A stretch of 64,000 nucleotides of DNA from Solirubrobacterales bacterium (GTDB taxonomy: Bacteria > Actinomycetota > Thermoleophilia > Solirubrobacterales > 70-9): contig JAXLSX010000012.1 in assembly GCA_046330285.1 (NCBI GenBank), forward strand, positions 4,228 to 68,227. The letters are read 5' to 3'. Position 1 is the stretch's first letter, and the number at the start of each line of letters is the position of its first letter. This document shows positions 9,157-16,701 of the stretch, piece by piece. A program made the translations under genes and the position numbers. The notes beneath the pieces are model-generated. The model had not been told where the DNA came from. It saw only the letters and a program-made list of their open reading frames with translations, and did no database searches.

Positions 9157-10359
9157 ATGACTCCTGAGACCGAGACGAAGAACCGTGCCAGCGGCGCCGA
9201 CCTGATTGCTCAGGCGAAGGCCGAGATCGAGGAGGTCCAGCCGACGGAGGCGGCCGCCGAGATCGAATCCGGCGACGTCGCCATCGTCGACGTTCGCGAG
9301 CAGCACGAGTTCGAGGAGCGCCACATCGAAGGCGCGATCCACGTCCCGCGCAGCTACCTGGAGTCGCGGATCGAGCAGTACGTGCCCGACCGCTCGAAGC
9401 GGATCATCCTCTACTGCGCCTCCGGAATCCGCTCGGCGCTCGCCGCGAAGACGATGGGGGAGGAGCTCGGCTACGAGGACGTCAGCTCGATGGCCGGCGG
9501 GATCACGCTGTGGCGCGACCGCGGCCTGCCCGTCGTCACGCCCCGGTCGCTGACCCAGGAGCAGAAGGAGCGCTACTCGCGCCACATCCTCGTTCCCGAG
9601 ATCGGGCTCGAGGGTCAGATGAAGCTTCTCGACGCGAAGGTGCTGCTGCTCGGCACCGGCGGGCTCGGCTCGCCGACCGCGCTCTACCTCGCGGCCGCCG
9701 GCGTCGGCACGCTCGGGCTGATCGACGACGACGTCGTCGACTCGTCGAACCTGCAGCGTCAGGTGATCCACAACACCGAGCGGATCGGGATGCCCAAGAC
9801 CGAGTCCGCGCGGATGGCGATCGAGGCGCTGAACCCCGACGTCAACGTCGTCGAGCACCGGGTCCGTTTCGGTCCCGAGAACGTCATCGAGCTGCTCTCG
9901 GACTACGACGTGATCGTCGACGGCGCCGACAACTTCCCGACCCGTTACCTGCTCAACGACGCGTCGGTCCGGCTCAACAAGCCGGTCGTCTCGGCGTCGA
10001 TCCTCTCCTTCGACGGCCAGATCTCGACCTTCGTGCCCCACGAGGGCCCGTGCTACCGCTGCCTCTACCCGACGCCGCCCCCGGCCGAGCTCGCACCGAG
10101 CTGCGGCGCCGCCGGCGTCCTCGGGGTCCTGCCGGGCATCATGGGCCTGCTGCAGGCGCTCGAGGTGGTCAAGCTCGTCACCGGCGCCGGCCGGCCGCTG
10201 ATCGGTCGCCTGCTCCTGTTCGAGGCGCTCGGCACCGAGTTCACCGAGCTCAAGGTCAGGCGCGATCCCGACTGCCCGATCTGCGGCCCGAACGCCCCAC
10301 ACGTGGCCGACGAGGATCTCGGGAAGTTCCCGGACTACGAGTTGTTCTGCCAGGGCTAG
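9157..10359 (+). CDS. Sulfur-carrier-activating E1-like enzyme (ThiF/MoeB/MoeZ family) with an N-terminal rhodanese domain
   Basis: Rhodanese part: VDVREQHEF, active-site loop CASGIR. ThiF part: LLLGTGGLGSP, SNLQRQ, Zn-binding CYRC and CPIC. Confidence 0.88.
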   Translation: MTPETETKNRASGADLIAQAKAEIEEVQPTEAAAEIESGDVAIVDVREQHEFEERHIEGAIHVPRSYLESRIEQYVPDRSKRIILYCASGIRSALAAKTMGEELGYEDVSSMAGGITLWRDRGLPVVTPRSLTQEQKERYSRHILVPEIGLEGQMKLLDAKVLLLGTGGLGSPTALYLAAAGVGTLGLIDDDVVDSSNLQRQVIHNTERIGMPKTESARMAIEALNPDVNVVEHRVRFGPENVIELLSDYDVIVDGADNFPTRYLLNDASVRLNKPVVSASILSFDGQISTFVPHEGPCYRCLYPTPPPAELAPSCGAAGVLGVLPGIMGLLQALEVVKLVTGAGRPLIGRLLLFEALGTEFTELKVRRDPDCPICGPNAPHVADEDLGKFPDYELFCQG

Positions 10360-10387
10360 AAGCCGCCCGGTAGGCTCGCGGCCTCCC

Positions 10388-11371
10388 ATGGCGCTGCGCG
10401 AGGCGATAGGCAGGACGCGGAACCGGCTCGGCCGGTTCCGGCCGGTCGTGGCGGCGGGACAGATGCTGCACCGCGAGGAGCTGCGCCCGACCCGGCGCCG
10501 CTACCGCGAGCTCGGACTGAGCGGCCCCTGGTTCGGCCTCGTCAGCCACTCCGAGGTGGCCGGCCGCGGTCAGGGCGTCGCCCTGCTCGACCGGCCCGAC
10601 GGGCTCGCCGAGCTCGAGGCGGACCCGCGGTTCGCCGCGCTCGACCCGGCGCTCCAGCAGGGGCTGCGCGAGTGGCCGGAGACCGGCTACCTGGTCGCGA
10701 AGGGGTTCTTCGACGCCGAAGCCGTCGCCGCCGCGAACGAGGAGGTCGACCGCTTCGCCGCATCGGGCCGGATCCACCAGCACCACCTCGACCCCCGCTA
10801 CATGAACGTCCATCGTGAGTCGCCGGCGAGCAACCGCCTGGCGAGCGATGAGCGCGCTCTCGCCCTGATGGAGCTGATCCTCGGCCGCGAGGCCGGGCTG
10901 TTCCAGACGATCTACTTCCGCCAGGGAAGCCAGCAGGAGGCTCATTCCGACGCCTTCCACATGATGACCGAGCCGCCGGGCTTCCTCGTCGGGATGTGGG
11001 TCGCGCTCGAGGACATCGACGAGGGCGCGGGACCCGTCTTCTACGTCCCCGGCAGCCACCGGTTCCCGTACGTGATGACCGAGGACCTCGGCGTTCCCGA
11101 CCCGCCGCCGCTGCAGATCGCCGACAAGGGCGACGCCTACGTTCGGCGCATGCGCGAGCTGGTCGCCGGGACCGGCGAGGAGCCGGTCAAGTTCACCGCT
11201 TCCGCGGGCGACGTCCTCTTCTGGCATCACAACCTGACCCACGGGGGCTCCGCGGTGACGCGTCCCGGAGCCACCCGCCGGAGCCTCGTCGGGCACTACT
11301 TCGCCCGCGACGTCCTCTGCTACCACGAGGTCACCGAACGGGGCGCGCTGATGCCCGCCGGGTTCGAGTAG
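10388..11371 (+). CDS. Phytanoyl-CoA dioxygenase (PhyH) family Fe(II)/2-oxoglutarate oxygenase
   Basis: 327 aa. Facial-triad-like HSD (EAHSDAFH) plus a distal His (NLTHGGS), and YVPGSHRF typical of PhyH. Confidence 0.8.
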   Translation: MALREAIGRTRNRLGRFRPVVAAGQMLHREELRPTRRRYRELGLSGPWFGLVSHSEVAGRGQGVALLDRPDGLAELEADPRFAALDPALQQGLREWPETGYLVAKGFFDAEAVAAANEEVDRFAASGRIHQHHLDPRYMNVHRESPASNRLASDERALALMELILGREAGLFQTIYFRQGSQQEAHSDAFHMMTEPPGFLVGMWVALEDIDEGAGPVFYVPGSHRFPYVMTEDLGVPDPPPLQIADKGDAYVRRMRELVAGTGEEPVKFTASAGDVLFWHHNLTHGGSAVTRPGATRRSLVGHYFARDVLCYHEVTERGALMPAGFE

Positions 11372-11403
11372 GCGCGACGCCCGGATCTGTAGGGTTCCCG
11401 GCC

Positions 11404-11682
11404 ATGTCGAAGGTGAAGATTCCACCGGTACTTCGCGCCCAGACCGGCGGCGAGTCCGTCGTCGAGGTCGAGGGCGAGGACGTCGGCTCCGTGCTGCGGA
11501 GCCTCGCCGACGCACATCCCGGCGTCAGCGGCCAGCTCTTCGACGACGCGGGCGAGCTCAACCGCTACGTCAACGTCTACCTCAACGACGAGGACGTGCG
11601 GCTGCTCGACGGGCTCGGCACCGCGGTCTCCGGATCCGACACCGTCGTGATCCTGCCGGCGATGGCCGGCGGCGCCGCCTGA
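11404..11682 (+). CDS. cysO: CysO-like ubiquitin-fold sulfur carrier (ThiS/MoaD family), C-terminus ...AMAGG-AA
   Basis: 92 aa from the internal ATG at 11404. IPPVLRAQTGGE, RYVNVYLNDEDVRLL and TVVILPAMAGG align by eye with M. tuberculosis CysO. Two Ala residues follow the GG. Confidence 0.85.
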   Translation: MSKVKIPPVLRAQTGGESVVEVEGEDVGSVLRSLADAHPGVSGQLFDDAGELNRYVNVYLNDEDVRLLDGLGTAVSGSDTVVILPAMAGGAA

Positions 11683-11721
11683 GCGCGCCCGGCGCGCTCT
11701 ACGGCACTGGGAACCAGGGCC

Positions 11722-12831
11722 CTAGGGGGTCCCACCGGTCAGGTCGGTGTAGGCCGTCCACGACGGCTTCGTGTCGCGATCGGCGTCGACGAGGCCCGCG
11801 GTCGCACACCATCCGCACTCGCCGACCGCGGACTCGGTCGAGTCGTGCCACGTGTACCAGACGACCCCCTCGAGGCCGAGGTCGTCGCGTGAGTCGCTGA
11901 GCTCGCCGAACGTGTCGCTGAGCAGCGACGCCTGCTCCTCCGGGGTCTTCGAGAGGTCGTTGCCGCTCTTCGGGTTGGATCCCCAGCCGATCTCGGTCGC
12001 CCACATCGGGGCGTCGCTGCCGGCATCGTCGATCGCCTTGCGGGTCTTCTCGACCTGATCGACGACGGCCTTCTCGTCCGGGCCGTAGGGATGCAGGCCG
12101 ACGATGTCGATCGCGTCGTCGACGCCGCTGACGCCGTAGAGCGAGTCGATGAAGTCGTAGGAGACGATCGCGCCGTCCGATTGCGGCGTCGCGAACATGC
12201 CGGCGCTCATCACCTTCGCTTCCGGGTCCTCCTTGCCGATCACCTTCGCCGAGCGCTTGATCAGGTCGGCGTAGGCGGCCGGATCGGGCGTCGGGGACCA
12301 GAAGGTGGAGGAGTTCGGCTCGTTCCAGATCTCCCACTCCTGGATCGGGCGCGGATCGGTGCCCGGGTTCGCGTCGGTGAAAGCGGGCCAGAAGTCGCCT
12401 TGGCTGCCGTACCGGTTCGCCGCTGCTTTGAGGAAGTCGGCCCAGGCGTCGAAGGTCTCGTCGTCGTTCGTCGGCGCCTCCGTCGGGTCGGACGCATAGG
12501 CCGCGGGCGTCCCGTAGACGGTGACCAGCGGATCGAGCCCGGCCAGCGCGAGCGCGCTCAGGACCTGGTCGCTGCTCTGCCAGTTGTAGACGCCCTTCTC
12601 GGACTCGATCCCCGACCACTGGAGGACGACGCGCACTGTCCCGAGACCGCCGGAGCGCATGCGCTCGTAGTCGGTGGGGTTCTGGAGGCCTTCAGGTGCG
12701 ACGCCGTAGAAGGGGTCGGCGGTGACGTCCGCCGGCTCGTCGTCGCCACCGCCGCAGCCGGCGAGGGCGGCGAGCGCGCAGATCGCGACGAGGGCGGCGA
12801 GCGCCGCCGGCAGCTTCGCGAACCCGGTCAC
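11722..12831 (-). CDS. Glycoside-hydrolase-like (TIM-barrel, GH5/GH39-like) lipoprotein
   Basis: Starts at GTG 12831 (GTGA overlap with the upstream gene). Lipobox LAGCGG. WEIWNEPN (acid/base) and WATEIGW (nucleophile-like). Paralog at 19708..20853. Confidence 0.7.
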   Translation of the reverse strand: MTGFAKLPAALAALVAICALAALAGCGGGDDEPADVTADPFYGVAPEGLQNPTDYERMRSGGLGTVRVVLQWSGIESEKGVYNWQSSDQVLSALALAGLDPLVTVYGTPAAYASDPTEAPTNDDETFDAWADFLKAAANRYGSQGDFWPAFTDANPGTDPRPIQEWEIWNEPNSSTFWSPTPDPAAYADLIKRSAKVIGKEDPEAKVMSAGMFATPQSDGAIVSYDFIDSLYGVSGVDDAIDIVGLHPYGPDEKAVVDQVEKTRKAIDDAGSDAPMWATEIGWGSNPKSGNDLSKTPEEQASLLSDTFGELSDSRDDLGLEGVVWYTWHDSTESAVGECGWCATAGLVDADRDTKPSWTAYTDLTGGTP

Positions 12832-13220
12832 CGTGGGCTGTGCGGGGTCGGACGGGAGGCAGAGACGGCGAGCGCGACGATCGCGGCGAGCGCCAGGAGG
12901 CCGACGGCGAAGGCAGCGGGGAAGCCCGCCAGCGCGTCGCCGAGAGCCGCGAGCGGGGTGGACGGCGTGTCCTGCTCGGCGACGACCCCGCGCTGGACGC
13001 CGTCGCCGGCGTCGCCGTCGCCCGTGGCCGCGCCGGCGACCGGACCGCTTTCGGTCTGGCGCACGCCCGGGATCTCGAGGACGTACTCGTCGCTCGCGGG
13101 TGCGGCGGCGAGCGCGGCGGCGGGGGCGGCGCAGAGCGCCGCTACGATCGCGAGCGCAAGCGATGCCTGCCTTCGGGTCGGGCGAATCACGACGCCAGAC
13201 CATAGTGAAAGCCCCCTCAC
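12828..13220 (-). CDS. Small secreted / C-terminally anchored protein, unknown function
   Basis: Ala-rich signal-peptide-like N-terminus, acidic Gly/Asp linker, C-terminal TM helix. Its stop overlaps the GTG of the downstream glycosidase-like gene (GTGA). The start is uncertain (GTG 13220 or GTG 13190). Confidence 0.45.
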   Translation of the reverse strand: MRGLSLWSGVVIRPTRRQASLALAIVAALCAAPAAALAAAPASDEYVLEIPGVRQTESGPVAGAATGDGDAGDGVQRGVVAEQDTPSTPLAALGDALAGFPAAFAVGLLALAAIVALAVSASRPTPHSPR

Positions 13221-15154
13221 CGATCGCCGGGAAGCTCCCGGATTCAGCTCCCGGCGCCGCGGTCGCGGTCGTCGTCGTCGCGCTGTCGCTCGAGAGCGGG
13301 GGCTACGGGGCCGAGGCGCTCGGGATCGCCGCCGCCCTGACCTGGATCGCGGTCCTGGTCACGGCCCTCGGGCCAGCTCGCGACCGGGTCCTCAGCCGGA
13401 CGTTCGTCCTCGCGGCAGCCGCGCTCGCGTTCATCGCCGTCTTCGCCGCCTTCTCGCTCGGATGGTCGCTCGACCGCGGCGCCGGATTCGAGGACGTGGT
13501 CCGCCTCTCCGGCTACCTCGGTGCCTTCGTCCTCGCCGGGCTCCTGATCCGGCCGGGGCAGGGGCGCTCGATCCTGCTCGGGCTGGCGGCCGGCCTGGTC
13601 GCGGTCAGCGCGTTGGCGCTGGCGTCCAGGCTCGCCGGGATCGGGGGCGGCGACGCCGACCTCGTCGCGTCGATGCGGTCCTCCGCGGGCCGCCTCAGCT
13701 ACCCGGTCGGGTACTGGAACGCCCTGGGCTCGATGGCGGCGATGGCGGTTCCGCTCCTCGTCTGGGCAGCCGCCGAGGCGCGCGGGAGGGCAGGTGCCGC
13801 CATCGCGTTGGGAACGATGCCGATCGTCGGCCTGACCGCCTACATGACGTCCTCGCGCGGAGCGTTGATCGCCATCGCCATCGGGGCCGGCGTCGCGATC
13901 GCGGCTTCGCGGTCGCGCGGGCGAGCGTTCGCGGCGTTCGCGGTCGGTGTCGCCGTCTCGATTCCGGCCGCCGTCGCCGCAACCCTCGGCAGCGGCATCC
14001 TCGATGCGCCCCTGGCGACGCCGGGCCGCGCCGAGGCGGTCGTCGGCGCTGCCGTCCTCGTTGGTGTCGCGGCGGCCGCGCTGCTCGGCCCGCCGGCCGT
14101 GTCCCGCGGCGCCGCGATCGCGATCCCGGGCCTGCGGATGCGCCACGTGCTCGCGGCCGCGTTCGCAGCTCTCGTCGTCCTGGTCCTCCTCGCTGGGCCG
14201 GGGAGGATCGCCGGCGACTTCGCCGCCACGTCGGGCCGCGAGGCGAGCACCGGATCGGGGGATCTGTCGGTCACCGGCTCCGGCCGCGCGCAGTTCTGGT
14301 CGACGGCCCTCGACGCGGCCGGCGATGAGCCGCTCCGCGGCATCGGTGCCGGCAGCTACGGCCTCTACTGGAACCGCTACGGCAACCTCGAGACGCCGGT
14401 CCGGAACGCTCACTCCGAGCCGCTCGAGCTGCTCGCCGAGCTCGGGATCGCCGGGCTCGCGGCGTTCCTCGTCTTCTTCGGGGCGATCGCCGCGGCCGGC
14501 GTCCCGCCGGCGCGCGATCGCGGCGGGCGCGGCGGGGGCCCGGCCGCCGGGGCCGCCCTCGGTTTGATCGCGACCGGGCTGGTCGGCGTCCTGATCGACT
14601 GGACCTGGGACGTGCCCGCGACCGCCGTGCCGATCCTCGTGGCGGCGGCCCTCTGCGCGAACGGCACGTTCGCAGCTGGACGGTCACGTTCGGCATCCAC
14701 CGCGAGCACGTCGATCAGGATTCCGGCGCCCGCCATCGCCCTCGTCGCAGTCGTCTTCGCGGTGCCCGCCATCTGGGCGGCCGGCGTTCTGGCGGCCTCG
14801 GGCAACCGTCTCGCGGCCTCCGACGAGGCGCTGGCGGCCGGTCGCCTCGACGACGCGGCGACCGCCGCCCGTTCGGCGGCGGCGATCGAGCCGTGGAGCT
14901 CGGAGCCCTGGTTGCGGCTGGCGACGATCGAGCAGGCGGCGGGCAACCTCGCCGCGGCCCGGCTCGACAGCATCCGCGCGATCGAGCTGACCCCCGACGA
15001 CTTCCGCCCCTGGTTGCTCGCCTCGGGCCTCGAGGGTGAGCTCGGCAATCGCGGCGGCCTCGTCGCCTACGGGGGCAGGGCGCTGATCCTGGCGCCGCTG
15101 GTGATCCCGCGCGCTTCGATCGAGCCCGGTCTCGGCGTCGGTTCCGGGTCGTGA
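13163..15154 (+). CDS. O-antigen ligase/polymerase-like (Wzy_C) polytopic membrane protein with a C-terminal TPR-like tail
   Basis: At least 10 predicted TM helices. NAHSEPLELLAELGIAGL is typical of the Wzy_C/O-antigen ligase family. TPR-like C-terminus. The start is uncertain (ATG 13163 or GTG 13205); the longest ORF from 12722 is an Arg-rich artefact. Confidence 0.75.
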   Translation: MPAFGSGESRRQTIVKAPSPIAGKLPDSAPGAAVAVVVVALSLESGGYGAEALGIAAALTWIAVLVTALGPARDRVLSRTFVLAAAALAFIAVFAAFSLGWSLDRGAGFEDVVRLSGYLGAFVLAGLLIRPGQGRSILLGLAAGLVAVSALALASRLAGIGGGDADLVASMRSSAGRLSYPVGYWNALGSMAAMAVPLLVWAAAEARGRAGAAIALGTMPIVGLTAYMTSSRGALIAIAIGAGVAIAASRSRGRAFAAFAVGVAVSIPAAVAATLGSGILDAPLATPGRAEAVVGAAVLVGVAAAALLGPPAVSRGAAIAIPGLRMRHVLAAAFAALVVLVLLAGPGRIAGDFAATSGREASTGSGDLSVTGSGRAQFWSTALDAAGDEPLRGIGAGSYGLYWNRYGNLETPVRNAHSEPLELLAELGIAGLAAFLVFFGAIAAAGVPPARDRGGRGGGPAAGAALGLIATGLVGVLIDWTWDVPATAVPILVAAALCANGTFAAGRSRSASTASTSIRIPAPAIALVAVVFAVPAIWAAGVLAASGNRLAASDEALAAGRLDDAATAARSAAAIEPWSSEPWLRLATIEQAAGNLAAARLDSIRAIELTPDDFRPWLLASGLEGELGNRGGLVAYGGRALILAPLVIPRASIEPGLGVGSGS

Positions 15155-15239
15155 TATCCGGACCGCAGGTCTATGCTCTGTGCGTTACATGCAGGCAGAA
15201 GGTTCATCAGGCATCTCGGCTGGCAGGGGCGGGGGCTAG

Positions 15240-16688
15240 ATGCCGAATCTCGCCGGCCGAGAGGCCGTAGCCGAGGGTTCTGCGGAGCCGCGCGATGCCG
15301 TGGCCCCGGTCGTCGCCGCTGCCCGCGGCGCGGTCCCCGTTCGCCGCGGCCGCTGGTGGCGCGATGCCCGGCGCCGGCGCCTGCTGGCGCTCGCCGACGT
15401 CGCCGCCGCCTCGGTCGCGACCCTGATCGCGACAGTGCCCGCCACGGGCACGTTCTGGGCGTTCCTCTTCCTGCCGTTGTGGCCCCTGCTCGCCAAGCTC
15501 TTCGGCCTCTACGACCGCGACCACCGGGCGCTGCGCCACCTCACCGCCGACGAGGTCCCCTCGCTCGTCGCGTGGACCGCGCTGACGACGACGATCGTCG
15601 TGATGCTCCTGTCGCTGACCCCCGTCGGGCTCGTCGAATGGGGCACCGCCATCGAGCTGTTCTTCGTGGCCGCGATCGCCGGGATCGGTTTCCGATCGCT
15701 GGTGCGGCTGCTGTGGTGGCGGTGGACGCCGCCGGAGCTCGTCGGGCTCGTCGGCGACGGTCCGGTCCTCGCGTCGCTGCAGCGCAAGTTCCAGCTCTTC
15801 AAGGAGATGCATCTCGAGCTGGCCGCCGTGCGGGAGATCGGCGAGCTCGGGACCGGCCGCGAGCGCGAGGACGAGCTCGTCGCCCTGACCGACCGGGTGG
15901 ACCGCATCGTCGTCGCGGCGACGGGGGTCGAGGCCGACCTGATCGGCTACCTCAAGGACCTCTGCCGGAGCCGGCAGGTGAAGATCAGCGTCGTCTCTCC
16001 GCTGCGCGGCAAGGCGCTTCCCTCCGAGCGCTTCATCCAGCTCGCCGACCTGCCGATCCTCGAGTACAACACCTGGGATCCGTCGCGGTCGACGCTGTTG
16101 ATCCGGCGCCTGTTCGACGTCGCCGCCGCGTCGATCGGCCTGCTCCTGTTCGCGCCGTTCGCCGTGATCATCGCGATCGCGATCAAGCTCGACAGCCCCG
16201 GCCCGGTGATGTTCTCGCAGATCCGCGCCGGCCTCGACGGCCGTCCCTTCCGGATGTACAAGCTGCGGACGATGGCCGTCGACGCCGAGGCGAAACTCGG
16301 CAGCCTCGTCGACATCGACGAGCTCGACGAGCCGGTCTTCAAGCTGCGAGACGATCCCCGGGTGACGAGGGTCGGCGCGTTCCTGCGGCGGCTCAGCCTC
16401 GACGAGGTGCCCCAGCTCATCAACGTCCTGGTCGGCGAGATGAGCATCGTCGGCCCCCGGCCCGAGCAGGTCGAGCTGGTCGAGCGCTACACCGACGCCG
16501 AGCGGGTCCGGCTCAGCGTCAAGCCCGGGGTAACCGGCCCGATGCAGGTGTTCGGGCGAGGCGAGCTCACGTTCTCGGAGCGGCTGGCCGTCGAGATCCA
16601 GTACATCGAGAACCCCTCGCTCGGTCAGGATCTGCGGATCCTGATCCACACGCTTCCCGCGGTCATCCGCGGCACCGGCGCGTTCTGA
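15240..16688 (+). CDS. Polyprenyl-phosphate hexose-1-phosphate transferase (WbaP/EpsB-type bacterial sugar transferase)
   Basis: N-terminal TM block plus the C-terminal catalytic domain: SPGPVMFSQIRAG, FRMYKLRTM, DPRVTRVG, DEVPQL, MSIVGPRPE. Confidence 0.88.
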   Translation: MPNLAGREAVAEGSAEPRDAVAPVVAAARGAVPVRRGRWWRDARRRRLLALADVAAASVATLIATVPATGTFWAFLFLPLWPLLAKLFGLYDRDHRALRHLTADEVPSLVAWTALTTTIVVMLLSLTPVGLVEWGTAIELFFVAAIAGIGFRSLVRLLWWRWTPPELVGLVGDGPVLASLQRKFQLFKEMHLELAAVREIGELGTGREREDELVALTDRVDRIVVAATGVEADLIGYLKDLCRSRQVKISVVSPLRGKALPSERFIQLADLPILEYNTWDPSRSTLLIRRLFDVAAASIGLLLFAPFAVIIAIAIKLDSPGPVMFSQIRAGLDGRPFRMYKLRTMAVDAEAKLGSLVDIDELDEPVFKLRDDPRVTRVGAFLRRLSLDEVPQLINVLVGEMSIVGPRPEQVELVERYTDAERVRLSVKPGVTGPMQVFGRGELTFSERLAVEIQYIENPSLGQDLRILIHTLPAVIRGTGAF

Positions 16689-16701
16689 GCCCGCTGCGTC
16701 C

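Noticed and set aside
8182-10389. 735-aa minus-strand ORF spanning htpX and the E1 gene
   Set aside because: It is antisense to two genes with unmistakable family motifs. Its translation is Arg/Gly/Asp/Leu-rich low-complexity sequence typical of shadow ORFs in very GC-rich DNA, and it has no recognisable domain.
12091-14328. 745-aa plus-strand ORF, together with the Arg-rich N-terminal 147 codons of ORF 12722..15154
   Set aside because: Both overlap the glycosidase-like gene and the small secreted ORF on the other strand. The translation is dominated by poly-Arg/Gly/Pro tracts. Only the part from about 13163 onward has membrane-protein character.
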